This document shows, one piece after another, positions 60,666 through 64,000 of a stretch of DNA of 64,000 nucleotides. The stretch is from the NCBI GenBank assembly GCA_047495785.1, contig JBLDXI010000002.1, forward strand, positions 806,001-870,000, given 5' to 3'. This DNA comes from Lepidodermella squamata (lineage: Eukaryota; Animalia; Gastrotricha). Positions within the stretch are counted from its first letter, which is position 1; the number at the start of each line of letters is the position of its first letter. A program made the position numbers and the translations under genes. Under the pieces are notes generated by a model that was given only the letters and a program-made list of their open reading frames with translations, was not told the origin of the DNA and ran no database searches.

Positions 60666-61733
60666 TCAAGCCTGCTCATAGGCGGCTTCACCACGTTTGG
60701 CCTCTTCGTAGCCAGCTTCACCACGCTTGGCCTCTTCGTAGGCGGCTTCACCACGCTTGGCCTCTTCGTAGGCGGCTTCACCACGCTTGGCCTCTTCGTA
60801 GCCAGCTTCACCACGCTTGGCCTCTTCGTAGCCAGCTTCACTACGCTTGGCCTCCTCGTAGGCAGCTTCACCACGCTTGGCCTCTTCGTAGCCAGCTTCC
60901 CTGCGCTTGGCCTCTTCGTAGCCAGCTTCACCGCGCTTGGCCTCTTCGTAGCCAGCTTCACCACGCTTGGCCTCTTCGTAGCCAGCTTCACCACGCTTGG
61001 CCTCTTCGTAGGCGGCTTCACCACGCTTGGCCTCTTCGTAGCCAGCTTCACCACGCTTGGCCTCTTCGTAGCCAGCTTCCCCGCGCTTGGCTTCTTCGTA
61101 GCCAGCTTCACCGCGCTTTGCCTCTTCGTAGCCAGCTTCACGGCGCTTGGCTTCCTCGTAGGCGGCTTCACCACGCTTGGCTTCCTCGTAACCAGCTTCC
61201 CCGCGCTTGGCTTCTTCGTAGCCAGCTTCACCGCGCTTTGCCTCTTCGTAGCCAGCTTCACCGCGCTTGGCTTCCTCGTAGGCGGCTTCACCACGCTTGG
61301 CTTCCTCGTAACCAGCTTCCCTGCGCTTTGCCTCTTCGTAGCCAGCTTCACCGCGCTTGGCTTCCTCGTAGGCAGCTTCACGGCGCTTGGCTTCCTCGTA
61401 GGCGGCTTCACCACGCTTGGCTTCCTCGTAACCAGCTTCCCTGCGCTTTGCCTCTTCGTAGCCAGCTTCACCGCGCTTGGCTTCCTCGTAGGCAGCTTCA
61501 CCACGTTTGGCCTCGTCGTAGGCAGCTTCACCACGCTTGGCCTCTTCGTAGCCAGCTTCCCCGCGCTTGGCTTCTTCGTAGGCGCTCTCACGCCTCATGG
61601 TCTCCCCAAGCGGATTCGAAAGGACCACTGCTACCTAGTTTCAAAACAAATGTGTCATGCCATTAGTTATATGATATGCACATCGGTTGCAGAAACTCAC
61701 CAGGCATGCTGCTATCGTTAGCTTGCAGATCAT
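60666..61733 (-). CDS. Secreted multi-copy prepropeptide (333 aa); exons 61733-61701, 61634-60666
   Basis: A 66-bp phase-0 intron gives signal peptide MICKLTIAACLVAVVLS, pro-segment ending in RR, then 30-bp repeats encoding (G/R)EA(G/A)YEEAKR. Confidence 0.85.
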
Positions 61734-62516
61734 AATTCGGCTTGAATAAAATGGCTGATAAAATATTCGAAAAAGGAAATTTTGATGAAACGTTGGTATT
61801 CAATGAAGATTGAAATTTTCACCTTTTCAGCTATGGTTTTATAGGCGAGCGATCGTTAGTTGCGCTAGATGAATTGTCTATTATGCTTGCGATCCAGGGT
61901 TGCTGTTAGTCATGGCACATCTCCAAGCAAGTTCAGCTGTCATTTCTATCTCACGTGTCAGCCGCAAAAAACCTATTTTAGCATCATAAAATTAACAATA
62001 ATATTTGAATAATTATGAATAGAATATAATCGCGTATTATTTTCTTTAGCGATGAAATTTTATTCCACACCGGCATTTTCATTTGTCGTTAATTCAACTA
62101 GGCTGGCATTTCCTTCTATGAAAGCTTCCTTACGCGAAGCTGATTTTCCCTACAGGATTGCATTCAGAGATCTTTCATTTTTACCGATCGCTGTCATTTC
62201 ATTTGTCTTCAATAATTTGTAAAAAGTCGCGTTCCGACGCAAAAATGATCCATTGTTATGGGCGCGGCTAATAGTTTCATGTCGATCAAGTCGAAATTGA
62301 GGTTTTTAAGTTACGAACGGCCCCCCTCACCGATCGATATCAAAATCAATTTCTTATTTGGGGGAATTTTCTAACAAATATCTCCATATGTTTCACAGGG
62401 ATGAAAATCCCTATTTCCAAACGTCGGAAAAGTGAAGAAAGTGGGAGGTGAAGGTCGAGTGACATTTTGTAAAACCCCCTAGAGCCAGTGTGTTAAGTCG
62501 ATAGCACAAGATCGTT

Positions 62517-63664
62517 TTATTTCATCGAGTTTGTTTTATCCAAGATACCGGTTCTGGACTGGTATCCTATTTGAAACTTCAAATAGTTGCGCAAGGCTAA
62601 TGGTAGGTAAGGTTTCAGTCCTTCGTCGATAGCCGTCATTCGACTGACGTAACCTATCGGTAAGCTATTGAGCACAGCCATGCGGGCCATGAATTGCAAC
62701 CGCATTGGAAAGACAAGGTGAGCCGACGATCTCGCCAGTTCATGTATTTCCCGCATCTCATGACTCTCGAACTTCTTGTACGATGAGTCGCGCTTTGTCA
62801 TAAGTAAAACATCGATGAAGTCGACCTCATAGTCGTAAATCGGGAGGCGATTCGCAGCAGCAGTTGCTAGCCTGGCTACTGCGACAAATTGATAATACGA
62901 GTGAGAAGTTCGACAACCAGCTAGGACCATCGACTTGATAAACTCGACCATGCTTGAGTCGTCTTCGCCGTCGGGAATCGCACTAATTCGACTGGAAACC
63001 CAGTCAAGTGGTGATTCCAAACAAGCGGATCTCACAGCTTCTTCTGATAAACGCGCGAGGCATTCCGTTTTAGGGTTAATGACTAGCCAAGATGCCGTAT
63101 CGAGCTCGCCACTATGAACCATCCACGTCAAAGTGTGATCACCCCCAAGTTTGACGAGCTGGTCACTGTTTTCTAGGTCCAACAGCTTCATTATGAGATC
63201 GTGTCTTCCTTCGGTGCAGGCGTAAATTGTATAGAATGTGCCGCGTCCGATTTCCAGCAGATTAGCTCCGTTTTTGATCAGTGTCATCAATGCATTATCG
63301 CAGCAGGAACAGCGAAATGCCCGGCATAACGAGCCAATGACGCCGAGTTCGATCAGCTCCTCTGCGAATATTGTGTTGCAATCGGCAAACGCCTTCGTCA
63401 AGTACGACTTCAGGAACTCGGTCTTCGCTAGCCCGGAATCGATTCTCAATATTCTGCTTAGTTTGGAGTAGCTGGAATTGACATGGCCATACTGCAAGTT
63501 ACGCAGAACTCTTCTGATACCACATCGTCTTACCGAGCGAGGGAACAGAAAGTAGTGATGAGTGAGTTCATAGTTGGTCTTGCATTTGTCGAAAATAGCT
63601 AGAAACCTGCTGGTTTGGCGATGATCTTCATTTCGATCCTCCTTTGCTCCATAGTAAGTGTAAG
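62517..63664 (-). CDS. Degenerate ankyrin-like + SOCS-box protein (5' exon uncertain)
   Basis: LIKNGAN, ACTEGRHDLIMKLL ankyrin-like segments; C-terminal PMRLQFMARMAV...LPLALRNYL SOCS box. Frame is open from an acceptor at 63664. Confidence 0.65.
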
Positions 63665-64000
63665 CTGTGTAAATGTGAAAACATGAATAGTGGAGCTGTG
63701 GTATGACGCCGATACTGTATACCTATTTGTTAAAACCTGACGCAATACGTATGATTCATCTGGCATGAAAATATCACTGCGCGAATGACTCATCTTGCGT
63801 TGGTAGAAGGGCTTAAGAATATGTATCTAAATTGTGCGTTGGAGACTAGAATGATATAGCTGTAGGCTGTCAAGCTGATGTAGAAATTTTATTGTAAAAG
63901 CAGCATCTATGAATTTAAATTCTATATGCGAACTATGAAAGTTGTCAAGATGCGCCAATGTCAAACATGAATCACAATCGGTAAAATAAGCGTGTAAGCG

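Noticed and set aside
60666-61590. Regular repeats as a possible CRISPR array
   Set aside because: Contiguous tandem units with no unique spacers, no cas genes, and a eukaryotic context.
60662-61666. Histone-H1-like KRPSVVKLAT ORF and plus-strand ORF
   Set aside because: Alternative frames of the 30-bp repeat; the EEAKR frame has the signal exon and a paralog.

Overview
Eukaryotic (invertebrate animal) genomic DNA, not a prokaryote. It is AT-rich with many short (about 50-66 bp) GT-AG introns, so most real genes are split across, or missing from, the ORF track. Left to right: three tandem low-complexity Gln/Gly/Asn/Tyr proteins (two with visible signal peptides); a Tbx20/H15-like T-box gene; two small spliced orphan genes; an SGNH hydrolase; a Kunitz cluster with a divergent GPCR; a five-member intronless membrane-protein family surrounding an 805-aa toxin-like protein (23-aa Ala-rich repeats + Gly linker + papain-type Cys/His/Asn domain); another Kunitz gene; a divergent nuclear receptor; two STELLO/DUF288-like genes (one broken); a nine-copy intronless DUF1772 (anthrone-oxygenase-like) array; a second SGNH hydrolase; a ubiquitin-fusion protein; a SABATH-like methyltransferase relic; a prepropeptide with 31 KR-flanked acidic Tyr peptides (plus a broken paralog); and an ankyrin/SOCS-box gene. 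Several non-autonomous DNA transposons have readable TIRs and TSDs. The best candidates for new biology are the toxin-like protein with its flanking membrane family, the DUF1772 array, the multi-copy peptide precursor and the ubiquitin fusion. All family calls come from motif recognition by eye and have not been confirmed by database search.
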